Positions 36,403 through 46,419 of a stretch of 64,000 nt of DNA are shown one piece after another. The DNA lies in IMG/VR virus record IMGVR_UViG_3300049595_005065. One strand, 5' to 3'. The number at the start of each line of letters is the position of its first letter. Positions within the stretch are counted from its first letter, which is position 1. This DNA is from a virus. Its lineage: Duplodnaviria > Caudoviricetes. The position numbers and the translations under genes were made by a program. The notes below the pieces were generated by a model. That model was not told the origin of the DNA, searched no databases, and saw nothing but the letters and a program-made list of their open reading frames with translations.

Positions 36403-39400
36403 ATGCCCAATACCATTCGCATCAAGCGTCGCACATCCGGCAATACCGGCGCCCCTTCGACCTTAGCCAACGCCGAGCTGGCCTTCAACGAGGTCAACAA
36501 CACGCTCTATTACGGCAAGGGCGACAACGGTTCGGGCGGAGCCACGAGCATCATCGCCATTGCGGGCGACGGCACGTTCGCCACGAAGACCTACGTCGAC
36601 AGCGCCGTGTCCGGTGCGACTCCGACGGGCGTGGCCTATCTGGCGCAGGACAACAGCTGGGACGCCTCGAAGACCAATACCTTCAACGGCACGGTGAATC
36701 TGGAAGGCACGTTCAAGATTGACAACGCGACGGTGAACACCAGCGCCGCCGAGCTGAACGTCCTCGACGGCGTGACGGCCGGTACGGTCAGCGCAAGCAA
36801 GGCGCTGGTGCTCAACTCAAGTAGCGCCATTTCGGGCAACATTACATTTATTGGTACTCAAACGTTTTCGGGAAGTGAACAAGCGGCAGGCGGCGTATCG
36901 ATCGATACCGCTTATGATTCCGCGCTCTCTTTGTATCACAGCGTCGCGGGCGGCGGCTCTTCCGTGCGTTTTCAGTGTGGAACTGCAGCGGGCGGCATTG
37001 ACGGGTCAACGTGGCTTATTCGGTCCGAAGATGATATTCCGGGTGGCCCGCTGAGTTTTGATCTTCTCCTGCCGAATCAAACGGGTCGCTTTGCGACGCT
37101 TGCGGACATCAGCGCTGCCGTCGCAAGCGCCGTCGGTTTGTCTTCGTCGTTGAAGGCGCCGGTCGCGGCCGCAACGACGGCAAACATCACGCTTTCGGGC
37201 ACGCAAACAATTGACGGTATTGCCGTTTCTGCCGGTGACCGTGTTCTTGTAAAAGATCAGAGTTCAGCGGCTGCAAACGGTATTTACGTTGTGGCCTCCG
37301 GTTCGTGGTCCCGCGCCACAGACGTTGACACCGGCGCCGAATTGCTGGGCGCAAGCACGTTTGTCTTGGGCGGCACGACAAACGGCAGCAAGACATTTGT
37401 CAATACTAACTCTGGCACCATCACCCTTGGCACGACGGCCGTTACGTTTGCCGATCAAACGAGCGTCGCGGCAGTGACAGCTGGCGCTGGTTTGACGAAG
37501 ACTGGTACGACTATTGACATCGGTACGGCGTCGACCGGGCGCATCGTTGTCAATCCTGACAACATTGATCTTGCCACCGTGGGCACGGCTGGTACGTACG
37601 CCAAAGTTACCACTGACGCGTATGGGCGCGTGACGGCTGGCTCGGCCCAGGTTGCTATTTCGACAGATGTCAGCGGGCTTGGTACTGGAATCGCCACGTT
37701 TCTTGCGACGCCGTCCAGCGCCAATCTTGCTTCTGCGCTGACCGACGAAACCGGCAGCAACACTGTTGTGTTTTCTACGAGCCCGGCGTTTACCACGAGC
37801 GTCACGACGGGCAGCACCACGTTTGCTGTGTTTAATTCGACAGCGACGACAATTAACGCGTTTGGTGCCGCCACGACGATCAGCATGGGTGCGGGTAGCG
37901 GCACAACGACGATCAACAACAACTTGACCGTCGCAGGCAACTTGACGGTTAACGGAACCACGACCACGGTGAACTCCACCACGATCACGGTGGACGACCC
38001 AATCATCACGCTGGGCGGTGATACGGTTCCTACTTCTGATGACAACAAAGACCGGGGCGTCGAGTTTCGCTACTTTGACAGCCAGGCGCGCGTGGGTTTC
38101 TTTGGCTTTGACGACAGCGCTGGCGCGTTCACGGCTCTGCTGCAGGCGACCAATAGCTCGGAGGTCTTCTCCGGCACGGCGGCTCCAGCGGTGTTCGGCG
38201 CGATCACTGGCACAAGCGTCAACAAGGTTGCGATCACGGCTCCGGCCAACAGCGCGACCCTGACGATCGCCGACGGTAAGACGCTTACCGCCAGCAACAC
38301 GCTGACCTTTACTGGCACGGACAGCAGCTCTGTGGCTTTTGGCGCTGGTGGCACGGTGGCCTACACCGGCAACAACCTGAGCGTGTTTGCGGCGACCACC
38401 TCGTCGCAGCTTGCTGGCGTGATCTCCGACGAAACCGGCTCGGGCAGCCTGGTGTTTGCGACCAGCCCGACGCTCGTGACCCCGACACTAGGCGTGGCTT
38501 CGGCGACTAGCATCAACAAGGTTGCGATTACGGCTCCGACTACGAGCGCAACGCTGACCATCGCCGACGGCAAGACGCTTACCGCCAGCAACACGCTGAC
38601 GTTCACCGGCACGGACAGCAGCTCTGTGGCGTTTGGCGCTGGCGGCACCGTAACGTACACGAGCAACACCCTGGCGGTGTTCTCGGCGACCACCTCGGCG
38701 CAGCTTGCTGGCGTGATCAGCGATGAGACGGGGTCTGGCGCGTTGGTGTTCGCCAACACTCCCACGCTTGTCACCCCGGTTCTCGGTACGCCGACTTCGG
38801 GCACGCTCACCAACTGCACCGGCTTGCCGATCAGCACCGGCGTTTCGGGCCTGGGTTCCAACGTCGCCACGTTCCTGGCCACGCCCAGCTCTGCCAATCT
38901 CGCTTCGGCTGTGACCGACGAGACGGGTTCGGGCGCGCTGGTCTTCGGTACCAGTCCCACGATCACCACGCCCACGATCACCTTTTCGACGGCCGCCGCG
39001 GCTACTGCCGGTACCAATTCGCAGGGGCAGGGCGCGCTGACGAACGACGTGAACGTGGTCACCACGGCGGCGAACAACCCGTCGGGCGTCACGTTGCCCA
39101 CGGCCACCACCGGCCGCCGATTGGTGATCGCGAACCGCGGCGCCAACCCGGTCAACGTGTATCCGGCCACCGGCGCTGCGATCGACGCGCTGGGCGCCAA
39201 CGCCGCGATCCAGATCCCGGTGAATGGCTCGATGGAGTTCAACGCCTCGAGCACCACGCAGTGGTACTCTTCGGCGACCGCGACCTTCACCGCGCCGACG
39301 CTGGGTACGCCCGCGTCCGGCACGCTGACCAACTGCACGGGGCTGCCCGTCAGCACGGGTATCTCTGGCCTGGGTTCGAACGTGGCCACGTTCCTGGCTA

Positions 39401-40914
39401 CGCCCAGCTCTGCCAACCTTGCCAGTGCCGTCACCGACGAGACTGGCTCGGGCGCCCTGGTTTTCGCCAACACCCCGACTCTCGTGACGCCGGTTCTGGG
39501 CACCCCGACCTCGGGCACGCTCACGAACTGCACCGGGTTGCCGGTCAGCACGGGCATTTCTGGCTTGGGCACTGGCATTGCCACGTTCCTGGCGACTCCC
39601 AGCTCTGCCAACCTGATCTCGGCCGTGACAGACGAGACCGGCTCGGGCAGCCTGGTGTTTGCGACCAGCCCGACGCTTGTCACGCCGACCCTGGGCGTGG
39701 CCAGCGCGACCAGCATCAACAAGGTTGCCATCACGGCCCCGGCGACCAGCGCCACGCTGACCATCGCCGACGGCAAGACGCTGACGGCGAGCAATACGCT
39801 GACCTTCACCGGTACGGACTCAAGCTCCGTGGCTTTTGGCGCCGGTGGAACGGTGGCGTACACGAGCAACAAGCTCAGCGCGTTCGCCGCCACCACCTCC
39901 AGCGAACTGGCAGGCGTGATCAGCGACGAAACGGGTTCCGGCTCGCTGGTCTTCGGCACCAGCCCGGCGTTCACCACGAGCGTCACGACCGGCAGCACCA
40001 CGTTTGCTGTGTTCAACACCAACGCCACCACGGTGAACGCCTTCGGCGCCGCGACGACGCTCAGCATGGGCGCTGGTTCCGGCACGACGACGATCAACAA
40101 CAACCTGACCGTCACCGGCAACCTGACGATCAACGGCACCACGACGACCGTGAACTCCACCACCATGACGGTGGACGACCCGATCATCACGTTGGGCGGC
40201 GACACGGCTCCCGGCACGGACGATAACAAGGACCGGGGTGTTGAGTTCCGCTGGCACAACGGCACGACCGCCAGGCTCGGCTTCTTTGGCTTCGACGACA
40301 GCACCGGCAAGTTCACGTTCATTCCGGACGCCACGAACAGCTCTGAAGTTTTCTCCGGCACGCTGGGTACGATCGACGTCGGCGCCGTGCATATCAACGG
40401 CGCGCAGATCGCCGCCAGCAACCTGAGCAACGGCGTCACTGGTTCGGGCAGCGTCGTTTTGGCCACGAGCCCCACGCTTGTCACGCCCGCGCTGGGTACG
40501 CCGACCTCTGGCACCCTGACAAACTGCACCGGGCTGCCCGTCAGCACGGGCGTTTCGGGCCTGGGCACTGGCGTGGCGACGTTCCTCGCGACTCCCAGCT
40601 CGGCAAACCTGGCGAGTGCTGTTACGGACGAGACGGGCTCGGGCAGCCTGGTGTTCGCCACCAGCCCGACCCTGGTGACTCCCACGCTGGGTGCTGCCAC
40701 GGCCACGAGCATCAACAAGGTCACGATCACGGCTCCGGCCACGGCGGCGACCCTGACGATTGCCAATAACAAGACGCTCACGGTGAACAACACCCTGACG
40801 TTCTCCGGCACGGATAGCAGCTCGGTGGCCTTCGGCGCGGGCGGTACGGTGGTGTACACGAACACCGTCTGCTCGGCGATCGCCGACTGCACGCTCGACG
40901 GCGGCACCTTCTAA
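36403..40914 (+). CDS. very long Thr/Ser/Gly-rich tail fibre with large internal repeats
   Basis: 1503 aa. Repeats ATFLATPSSANL.SA.TDETGS, NKVAITAP..SATLTIADGKTLT, DDPIITLGGDT..DDNKDRG.EF. Ends in LDGGTF. Confidence 0.85.
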   Translation: MPNTIRIKRRTSGNTGAPSTLANAELAFNEVNNTLYYGKGDNGSGGATSIIAIAGDGTFATKTYVDSAVSGATPTGVAYLAQDNSWDASKTNTFNGTVNLEGTFKIDNATVNTSAAELNVLDGVTAGTVSASKALVLNSSSAISGNITFIGTQTFSGSEQAAGGVSIDTAYDSALSLYHSVAGGGSSVRFQCGTAAGGIDGSTWLIRSEDDIPGGPLSFDLLLPNQTGRFATLADISAAVASAVGLSSSLKAPVAAATTANITLSGTQTIDGIAVSAGDRVLVKDQSSAAANGIYVVASGSWSRATDVDTGAELLGASTFVLGGTTNGSKTFVNTNSGTITLGTTAVTFADQTSVAAVTAGAGLTKTGTTIDIGTASTGRIVVNPDNIDLATVGTAGTYAKVTTDAYGRVTAGSAQVAISTDVSGLGTGIATFLATPSSANLASALTDETGSNTVVFSTSPAFTTSVTTGSTTFAVFNSTATTINAFGAATTISMGAGSGTTTINNNLTVAGNLTVNGTTTTVNSTTITVDDPIITLGGDTVPTSDDNKDRGVEFRYFDSQARVGFFGFDDSAGAFTALLQATNSSEVFSGTAAPAVFGAITGTSVNKVAITAPANSATLTIADGKTLTASNTLTFTGTDSSSVAFGAGGTVAYTGNNLSVFAATTSSQLAGVISDETGSGSLVFATSPTLVTPTLGVASATSINKVAITAPTTSATLTIADGKTLTASNTLTFTGTDSSSVAFGAGGTVTYTSNTLAVFSATTSAQLAGVISDETGSGALVFANTPTLVTPVLGTPTSGTLTNCTGLPISTGVSGLGSNVATFLATPSSANLASAVTDETGSGALVFGTSPTITTPTITFSTAAAATAGTNSQGQGALTNDVNVVTTAANNPSGVTLPTATTGRRLVIANRGANPVNVYPATGAAIDALGANAAIQIPVNGSMEFNASSTTQWYSSATATFTAPTLGTPASGTLTNCTGLPVSTGISGLGSNVATFLATPSSANLASAVTDETGSGALVFANTPTLVTPVLGTPTSGTLTNCTGLPVSTGISGLGTGIATFLATPSSANLISAVTDETGSGSLVFATSPTLVTPTLGVASATSINKVAITAPATSATLTIADGKTLTASNTLTFTGTDSSSVAFGAGGTVAYTSNKLSAFAATTSSELAGVISDETGSGSLVFGTSPAFTTSVTTGSTTFAVFNTNATTVNAFGAATTLSMGAGSGTTTINNNLTVTGNLTINGTTTTVNSTTMTVDDPIITLGGDTAPGTDDNKDRGVEFRWHNGTTARLGFFGFDDSTGKFTFIPDATNSSEVFSGTLGTIDVGAVHINGAQIAASNLSNGVTGSGSVVLATSPTLVTPALGTPTSGTLTNCTGLPVSTGVSGLGTGVATFLATPSSANLASAVTDETGSGSLVFATSPTLVTPTLGAATATSINKVTITAPATAATLTIANNKTLTVNNTLTFSGTDSSSVAFGAGGTVVYTNTVCSAIADCTLDGGTF

Positions 40915-40922
40915 TCCCAGCG

Positions 40923-40956
40923 GGCCGGGGCTCAAAGATATCTTTGGGCCCCGGCC
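40923..40956. terminator. 34-bp near-perfect inverted repeat centred on AGATATCT
   Basis: GGCCGGGGCTCAAAGATATCTTTGGGCCCCGGCC, right after the fibre stop codon. Confidence 0.55.
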
Positions 40957-41027
40957 AGTTGTCTGCTTTTTGGCGGGGCGCTACGATCGTGGGCAGGTAT
41001 TCACCCCCAGCGCATCTCTGACGCACC

Positions 41028-42677
41028 ATGCCCAACAAGATCCAAATCAAGCGAAGCAGCACTGCTAGCGCCACGCCCGCGGCTGGCGCGCTCGACGCGG
41101 GCGAACTGGCTATCAATACCGCCGACGGCAGGCTGTTTGCCAAGAACTCTGCCGGAACCGTGGTGAATCTCCCGGTGACGAGCATTAGCGGGCAAACGAT
41201 CACGCCAGACACCGTCGGCGTCAACGTCGCAAGTCCCACCTCAAAACTGCACGTCAAGGCCACGGAAGCCAACGGCGGGCAGGACTCCGTCGCCAAGCTG
41301 CTCAGCTCGCAGACCACAACCTTGTCGGACGCAAACTGGAAGGGGCGCACGCTGCTGGGCGCCCAGAATCTGACGTTTCTGGTCGGTTGCTTTAACACCA
41401 TGGCCGCCATTGGGGCGCACAGCTGGACCAGCGCCGACAGCCAGACCGGCGCCTCCTGGGCCGACATGTACTTCAACCCGGACGGCGACGCCAAGGTTTA
41501 CATTGGCGCCGCGTCCGGAACCGGCTGGACGCCAAACCAGGGCATCCTGTGCGTCGACAACAACTCTGGCAATATTGGCGTAGGCACAGCCAACCCGCAA
41601 ACCAAATTGCAGATTGTTACGGGCTACGACCACGACCCCAATAACGATGCGGTTAGCCCCGCTACCAGTGAGTTATATGGCGCAGCACAGACTGAGATTT
41701 TTCAGGTTATTTCTGGGGGCCACACCGAAGACAACAGCGGTGAAACCCCGTACGTAAATATTGCGCGTTTTCACGTAAACGGGCCAGCATCGCGCGGCTC
41801 GATTTCTTTGAGTAATTCAGGCGCACCGGACGGGACCGTGTCCTCCGGTGCGTGGGAAAACAACGTGCTCCAATTTTTCGTGCACGGCCCCAATTACGCT
41901 TATGGCTACTACGGCGGTAACGCGTCCGACGCCGGTTGCGCAATGATTGTGACGCAAGGCGCAGACATCGTCAAACTTCAAATCGGTAACTACAACGCAG
42001 CGCCGATTGAGTTTTTCACCGACAACACGCCGCGATTTGCGATTACAACTGACGGCAATTACGTCGTGCAAAAAAGCGTCGATTACGACTTTACCGATCT
42101 GGCCACGTTTTCTTTCTACAACAGTTACGATTCCGGCGCGGGCGCAATCGGCGACCTTGCCAGCATTCGCTGCAAGACGGGCAGCAGCGCGGCCCTTGGC
42201 ACACTGATTTTTGCGACGGGCAACTCAGGGTCATTAACCGACCGAATGGTCATTAACGAGTACGGCCAAGTCGGCATCGGCACCGATGCGCCCGCGCACA
42301 TGCTTGAAGTCGTCAGCACGGGCGACGGCGTAATCGAAATTGCCCGCTTTCGGCGGCAGGATTCCCTCAACAACGACGGCGCGCATTTCTCGATTCACGC
42401 CGACAACACCAACAACCTGGTGCAGCTCAGGTCGTCCGGTACGTCTGCGGGTGCTTTTGCGTTCTACGCGGGCAACAACGAGCGCATGCGGATGCTCGCC
42501 AACGGTGACCTGGGTCTCGGTACTTCGTCGCCGTCAGCGAAGCTAGACGTCGTTGGAAACGCCGTGGTCTCGGGTACGCTCACAGTCGGCGGTAGCGGCG
42601 TGCAGAAGACGATCACGAGCGGTACTGCGGCGCCGTCAGGCGGTGTTGACGGCGACATTTACCTTCAGTACACATAG
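41028..42677 (+). CDS. tail fibre protein
   Basis: IQIKRSSTA...GELAINTADGRLF, repeated GNIGVGT..P..KL and ERMR motifs, C-terminal GGVDGDIYLQY. Confidence 0.8.
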   Translation: MPNKIQIKRSSTASATPAAGALDAGELAINTADGRLFAKNSAGTVVNLPVTSISGQTITPDTVGVNVASPTSKLHVKATEANGGQDSVAKLLSSQTTTLSDANWKGRTLLGAQNLTFLVGCFNTMAAIGAHSWTSADSQTGASWADMYFNPDGDAKVYIGAASGTGWTPNQGILCVDNNSGNIGVGTANPQTKLQIVTGYDHDPNNDAVSPATSELYGAAQTEIFQVISGGHTEDNSGETPYVNIARFHVNGPASRGSISLSNSGAPDGTVSSGAWENNVLQFFVHGPNYAYGYYGGNASDAGCAMIVTQGADIVKLQIGNYNAAPIEFFTDNTPRFAITTDGNYVVQKSVDYDFTDLATFSFYNSYDSGAGAIGDLASIRCKTGSSAALGTLIFATGNSGSLTDRMVINEYGQVGIGTDAPAHMLEVVSTGDGVIEIARFRRQDSLNNDGAHFSIHADNTNNLVQLRSSGTSAGAFAFYAGNNERMRMLANGDLGLGTSSPSAKLDVVGNAVVSGTLTVGGSGVQKTITSGTAAPSGGVDGDIYLQYT

Positions 42678-42685
42678 GGGAGATC

Positions 42686-42895
42686 ATGGAAGTCGTCGTC
42701 AACGTTGAACGGATCACCTACATCGCGTCCACCGGGGACTGGCGTCTCGTGGTGTCCGGCGGGTCGTTTGAGATTCTGCCGCAAGTCGGGGCGTGGCAGT
42801 ATGCGTCGGGCATCAACCTCGACAACCTCGCGGCCCTGATCGTGGCGGCGAAGGCCGACGCTGTCTCTCGCGGAATCAACTGGAGCGGAAACTGA
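42686..42895 (+). CDS. hypothetical protein
   Basis: GGGAG RBS; 69 aa. Confidence 0.6.
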   Translation: MEVVVNVERITYIASTGDWRLVVSGGSFEILPQVGAWQYASGINLDNLAALIVAAKADAVSRGINWSGN

Positions 42896-43743
42896 TGGCA
42901 GCACTCACCGATCTCTCCGACCTCATCAACCGGCAGACCGGCGGCAACAACGGCACGCCGGAAAACATCTTTTTTTATAAGGTGCCTCGCATTGCTGGCG
43001 TTGCTGCAACGGCTCCGCTCGCGGGCCGTGGTTGTTCGCTGTGGCGCTATGACGGCCAGCCAGGTCGCGGCTTCATTCCAACTGGTACTGAAATCCCCGA
43101 TCGCACGACGATCGGCTCAATACAGTTTGCAGCGCCGGGCGGATCGCGTGACAAGCATCTGATTAGCGCCAGCATCACGCCGAGCGTGGCTGGCGTGTAT
43201 CTCCTCTATGACCGGATCTTGCACAATGGCGGCTTGAGCGGCACGGCCACGACATCGCAAACCGTGCAGGGCACCACGCCTTCGCCTGCCCTCACCCGAA
43301 ACACGGGCGGCGCCGGGAACATGGTGTTTTACGAGATCTACGGGGGCATCGGTACGGTCAGCACGACGTTGACGATGACATACACGGACGAGAACGGCAA
43401 CACCGGCCAGACTTCAACAATCAATATCGGCGCCAACGGCTTCCGCGAGGAACTGCGGGCACAACGAATCCCCCTTGCGGATGGCGACAAAGGCGTTCGT
43501 GCAGTGGCGAGCGTTCAGTTGACTGCCACCACCGGCACTGCAGGCAACTTTGGCATCACCATTGCTCAGCCGCTAGCGTGGATTCCGGTTGGCAGCGGCG
43601 GAACAATGGGCTGGCGTGATTACACGACCGGCCTGCCAGGTATTCCGACTATTCATCCCGATGCGTGCTTGGCGCTAATGTTCATTCCAGCCGCCGCGAC
43701 CGCGCCCGAGGTCTGGGGCTGCCTCGGCACGGTGGAGAAGTGA
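42895..43743 (+). CDS. putative virion protein, paralog 1
   Basis: TGATG coupling; shares ALTR.TGG.G...IY..IG...TT.T..YT and IPL..GD.GVR.V..V.L.A.TGTAG.FG with the next gene. Confidence 0.75.
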   Translation: MAALTDLSDLINRQTGGNNGTPENIFFYKVPRIAGVAATAPLAGRGCSLWRYDGQPGRGFIPTGTEIPDRTTIGSIQFAAPGGSRDKHLISASITPSVAGVYLLYDRILHNGGLSGTATTSQTVQGTTPSPALTRNTGGAGNMVFYEIYGGIGTVSTTLTMTYTDENGNTGQTSTINIGANGFREELRAQRIPLADGDKGVRAVASVQLTATTGTAGNFGITIAQPLAWIPVGSGGTMGWRDYTTGLPGIPTIHPDACLALMFIPAAATAPEVWGCLGTVEK

Positions 43744-43744
43744 A

Positions 43745-44572
43745 ATGTCGATAGCGGACTACGACGCATATGTGGACTTGCTGCGGTTGAACCGTGGCTC
43801 CGACTGGCAGATGTCTGGCACCACCGGCCGCGCCCTGCGGGCGAACGCGATGTGGAGATCGTTTGTGCCAGCCCCGTCGCCGGTCACGACGAGCGTAGCG
43901 TGCAGCCGTACCAATGACGTGGCGATCGGCCCGATCCCGGCTGTCGCCAGCGGAAACGAGTTGTGCATTCTTGGAGGTCGTTTCAATACGTCCGGCGCTG
44001 GCGGCATGGCTGCCTGCGTGATCGACCTATTGAATCACCACAACGGAATGAGCGGCGTGGTCATAACCGAACAAACCACAAATCTCGTCGGGACGCCTGC
44101 ATCGACTGCCGCGCTCACGCGCTACACAAGCGGCGAAGGCGTGATGCTCGGGCTTATGATTTACGGGCTCATCGGCAGCACTGGGACGACTGTTACAGTG
44201 CGGTACACAAACAGCAGCGGAGTCGGAAACCGTGTCAGCACTGTCACGGCGTTCGGCGGCACCGGCTTTCGAGAAATAGGTTCCCTCATTCCGATTCCAC
44301 TTCAGCAAGAAGACACTGGGGTTCGGTCTGTTGAGGGCGTAACTCTCGCCGCCTCGACCGGGACGGCTGGCAGTTTCGGCGTGGTGCTGTTCAAACCATT
44401 GGCGATGTTTGGGCTCAACGATGCGTCTGGGGTCGTCCCGATTGATGCAGTCTCGACGGGCGGCTTTACCGGGCAGCTCGCGCTCGCTCATCCCAACGCC
44501 TGTCTGACGATGATCGGTTTCGGACAAAGCGCGCAGGCGATCAACGGCGCGCTCTTGCTGGCGGAGGTCTAA
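43745..44572 (+). CDS. putative virion protein, paralog 2
   Basis: Shares those motifs with the previous gene. Confidence 0.75.
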   Translation: MSIADYDAYVDLLRLNRGSDWQMSGTTGRALRANAMWRSFVPAPSPVTTSVACSRTNDVAIGPIPAVASGNELCILGGRFNTSGAGGMAACVIDLLNHHNGMSGVVITEQTTNLVGTPASTAALTRYTSGEGVMLGLMIYGLIGSTGTTVTVRYTNSSGVGNRVSTVTAFGGTGFREIGSLIPIPLQQEDTGVRSVEGVTLAASTGTAGSFGVVLFKPLAMFGLNDASGVVPIDAVSTGGFTGQLALAHPNACLTMIGFGQSAQAINGALLLAEV

Positions 44573-44575
44573 CGC

Positions 44576-44770
44576 ATGGCATCCCGGCGGCTATTCGACG
44601 GCGCGCAGCAAGAGATTGGGTCGCTCCCCGCGGTCTATACCGGCTCTACGGCAACGAAAGTTTGGATCAAGGTGGCGGGCGTGTGGAAGGAAGCCACCCC
44701 CTACATTCGGGTAGGCGGTATTTGGAAGGTCGCGACCCCGAAAATTAGGGCGGCTAGCGTTTGGAGATAG
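44576..44770 (+). CDS. small protein with KVxGxWK repeats
   Basis: WIKVAGVWK, YIRVGGIWK, KIRAASVWR. Confidence 0.6.
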   Translation: MASRRLFDGAQQEIGSLPAVYTGSTATKVWIKVAGVWKEATPYIRVGGIWKVATPKIRAASVWR

Positions 44771-44844
44771 CGCTCCGGCGCGCCAGGTATACTAGGGCTC
44801 CGCCTGGCAGGGACGCCGGGCACCCCTCGTAAGGGAGCCCGAGC

Positions 44845-45201
44845 ATGGCGGCTCGATTCGCTAAGTACCAGGCGCTGGTACGCATCCTCAAGAAGCACTG
44901 TCCCCCGGCCTACCCGATCTCCGTGAAGCGGGTGCAGCTTCCCAAGCGGCTCGAGGGGCGCTGCTGGAAGGACGGCAAGAAGTTCTTCATCGAGATCGAC
45001 AAGAAGCTCGACGAGGCCCGGACCATGGACGTGCTGCTCCACGAGTGGGCCCACGCCAAGGCCTGGAACCACATGCTGGACGCGGCCAAGGACGACGAGG
45101 CGTTCAACAAGCTGGCCCACGACGCTGCCTGGGGCGTGGCTTATGCCGAGGTATACTGTGTGTACGAACAGCAGTTCATTCCCGCAGTGTCTAGGATCTG
45201 A
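44845..45201 (+). CDS. HExxH zincin-like metalloprotein
   Basis: LEGRC...FFIEID...VLLHEWAHA. Confidence 0.65.
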   Translation: MAARFAKYQALVRILKKHCPPAYPISVKRVQLPKRLEGRCWKDGKKFFIEIDKKLDEARTMDVLLHEWAHAKAWNHMLDAAKDDEAFNKLAHDAAWGVAYAEVYCVYEQQFIPAVSRI

Positions 45202-45203
45202 TC

Positions 45204-45929
45204 GTGCCAATAAACTTCAGGCCTTTCGTGAGCGCGCTTTCTCGGGCTGGTACGGCCGCCCGCGCTGCCGCACGGCCAGTTGGCGCCGTTTATCGCACGT
45301 ACAACAAGGCCACGACGCCGCTCGCTACGCACATGGCGAACAAATTGCCGGAGGCGTACCGACCATTCGCCAAGGGGTTTGTGGGCGGCGCGGGTTTGAC
45401 GATGACCGGGGTGTCCGCCGCGGGCGCGTATGAAAGCGCCGCAAACGCTGCAGGCAATTCCGCGCGCCAGCTAGCGCAAACCTCGGGCTTGCGCGATCCC
45501 AAACAGCTCGACACTGTCAGTGAACGGGCGCGCAGTCGAATGATTCCGATGGCGTGGAAGTCGGTCGCGCCCAAGTGGCTGGGCGGCGACGGCACGCCAC
45601 TGGGTCGCGAAATAGCTCAAGACGTTCGCAGCGTGGCCTGGCATAACATTGGCCCCGCTGTTTTGCGCCCGGCGCCCAGCGCAGCAAAGCGCCACGCATC
45701 TGAGGCGGCGTTTTTGGCGGCCACAGGAAACCCTATCAGCGCCGTGTCGCCGTACCTGTTTGCGCCGCGACCGACAGTCGCACAGATGTGGCAGAATGTG
45801 CCGCAAAACACGCGGTCACGTTTGAAGGGTAACTTGGCTGCCGCGGCGCTACAACCCACCAGCGTGAGCCCGCTGGCGCAAGAAATGCGCTACGTCTTTG
45901 CACCGGTTGCCGCGCAGTACGGGCTGTAA
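45204..45929 (+). CDS. hypothetical Ala-rich protein
   Basis: 241-aa ORF with a GTG start. Confidence 0.65.
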   Translation: MPINFRPFVSALSRAGTAARAAARPVGAVYRTYNKATTPLATHMANKLPEAYRPFAKGFVGGAGLTMTGVSAAGAYESAANAAGNSARQLAQTSGLRDPKQLDTVSERARSRMIPMAWKSVAPKWLGGDGTPLGREIAQDVRSVAWHNIGPAVLRPAPSAAKRHASEAAFLAATGNPISAVSPYLFAPRPTVAQMWQNVPQNTRSRLKGNLAAAALQPTSVSPLAQEMRYVFAPVAAQYGL

Positions 45930-45968
45930 TTTGAGCCGCGCTGCGTGAAAGATATCTTTGAGACTGGC

Positions 45969-46184
45969 ATGCCTCCAGGACTTTGCTACGCTTGCGCCTC
46001 CGAGACCATTGAGATTCGCGGCAAGCGCGTTTGCCCGAACTGTCATATGATCTTGGAAACCTGCTGCGAGGGAGGCCCTTGCAGCTACCCTCTTGGAGAA
46101 GCGGCCGATGACGTGGGACGAGCTGATCACGAAGGTCGAGACGTGGGCGTGCGAGCGGCAGATCATCCCGAACAGCACTCCTGA
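45969..46184 (+). CDS. small Cys-rich (Zn-ribbon-like) protein, uncertain
   Basis: CYAC...CPNC..ILETCCEG; overlaps the next gene. Confidence 0.4.
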   Translation: MPPGLCYACASETIEIRGKRVCPNCHMILETCCEGGPCSYPLGEAADDVGRADHEGRDVGVRAADHPEQHS

Positions 46185-46419
46185 AGCGCAGCTCCTGAAG
46201 ACCATGAGCGAGCTGGGCGAGCTTGCCGACGCCACGCTCAAGGACGCCCCCGAAGATGTCGCCGACGGCCTGGGCGACGTGCTCGTCACGCTGATCATCT
46301 ACAGCAAGCTCTACGGCGTGAACCTGCGCAGCTGCCTGGAGAGCGCCTATGACACCATCAAGGACCGCAAGGGCACGCTCATGCCCAACGGCGTGTTTGT
46401 GAAAGAGGAGGCAGTATGA
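46108..46419 (+). CDS. MazG-like nucleotide pyrophosphohydrolase
   Basis: QLLKTMSELGELA...DGLGDVLVTL...AYDTIKDRKG. Confidence 0.85.
   Translation: MTWDELITKVETWACERQIIPNSTPEAQLLKTMSELGELADATLKDAPEDVADGLGDVLVTLIIYSKLYGVNLRSCLESAYDTIKDRKGTLMPNGVFVKEEAV

Noticed and set aside
38361-40907. 848-aa minus-strand ORF and other long antisense ORFs (2026-3051, 21874-23214, 50886-52853 and others)
   Set aside because: They are shadows of GC-rich plus-strand genes with strong codon bias, with no RBS or recognisable motifs. All recognisable genes are on the + strand.
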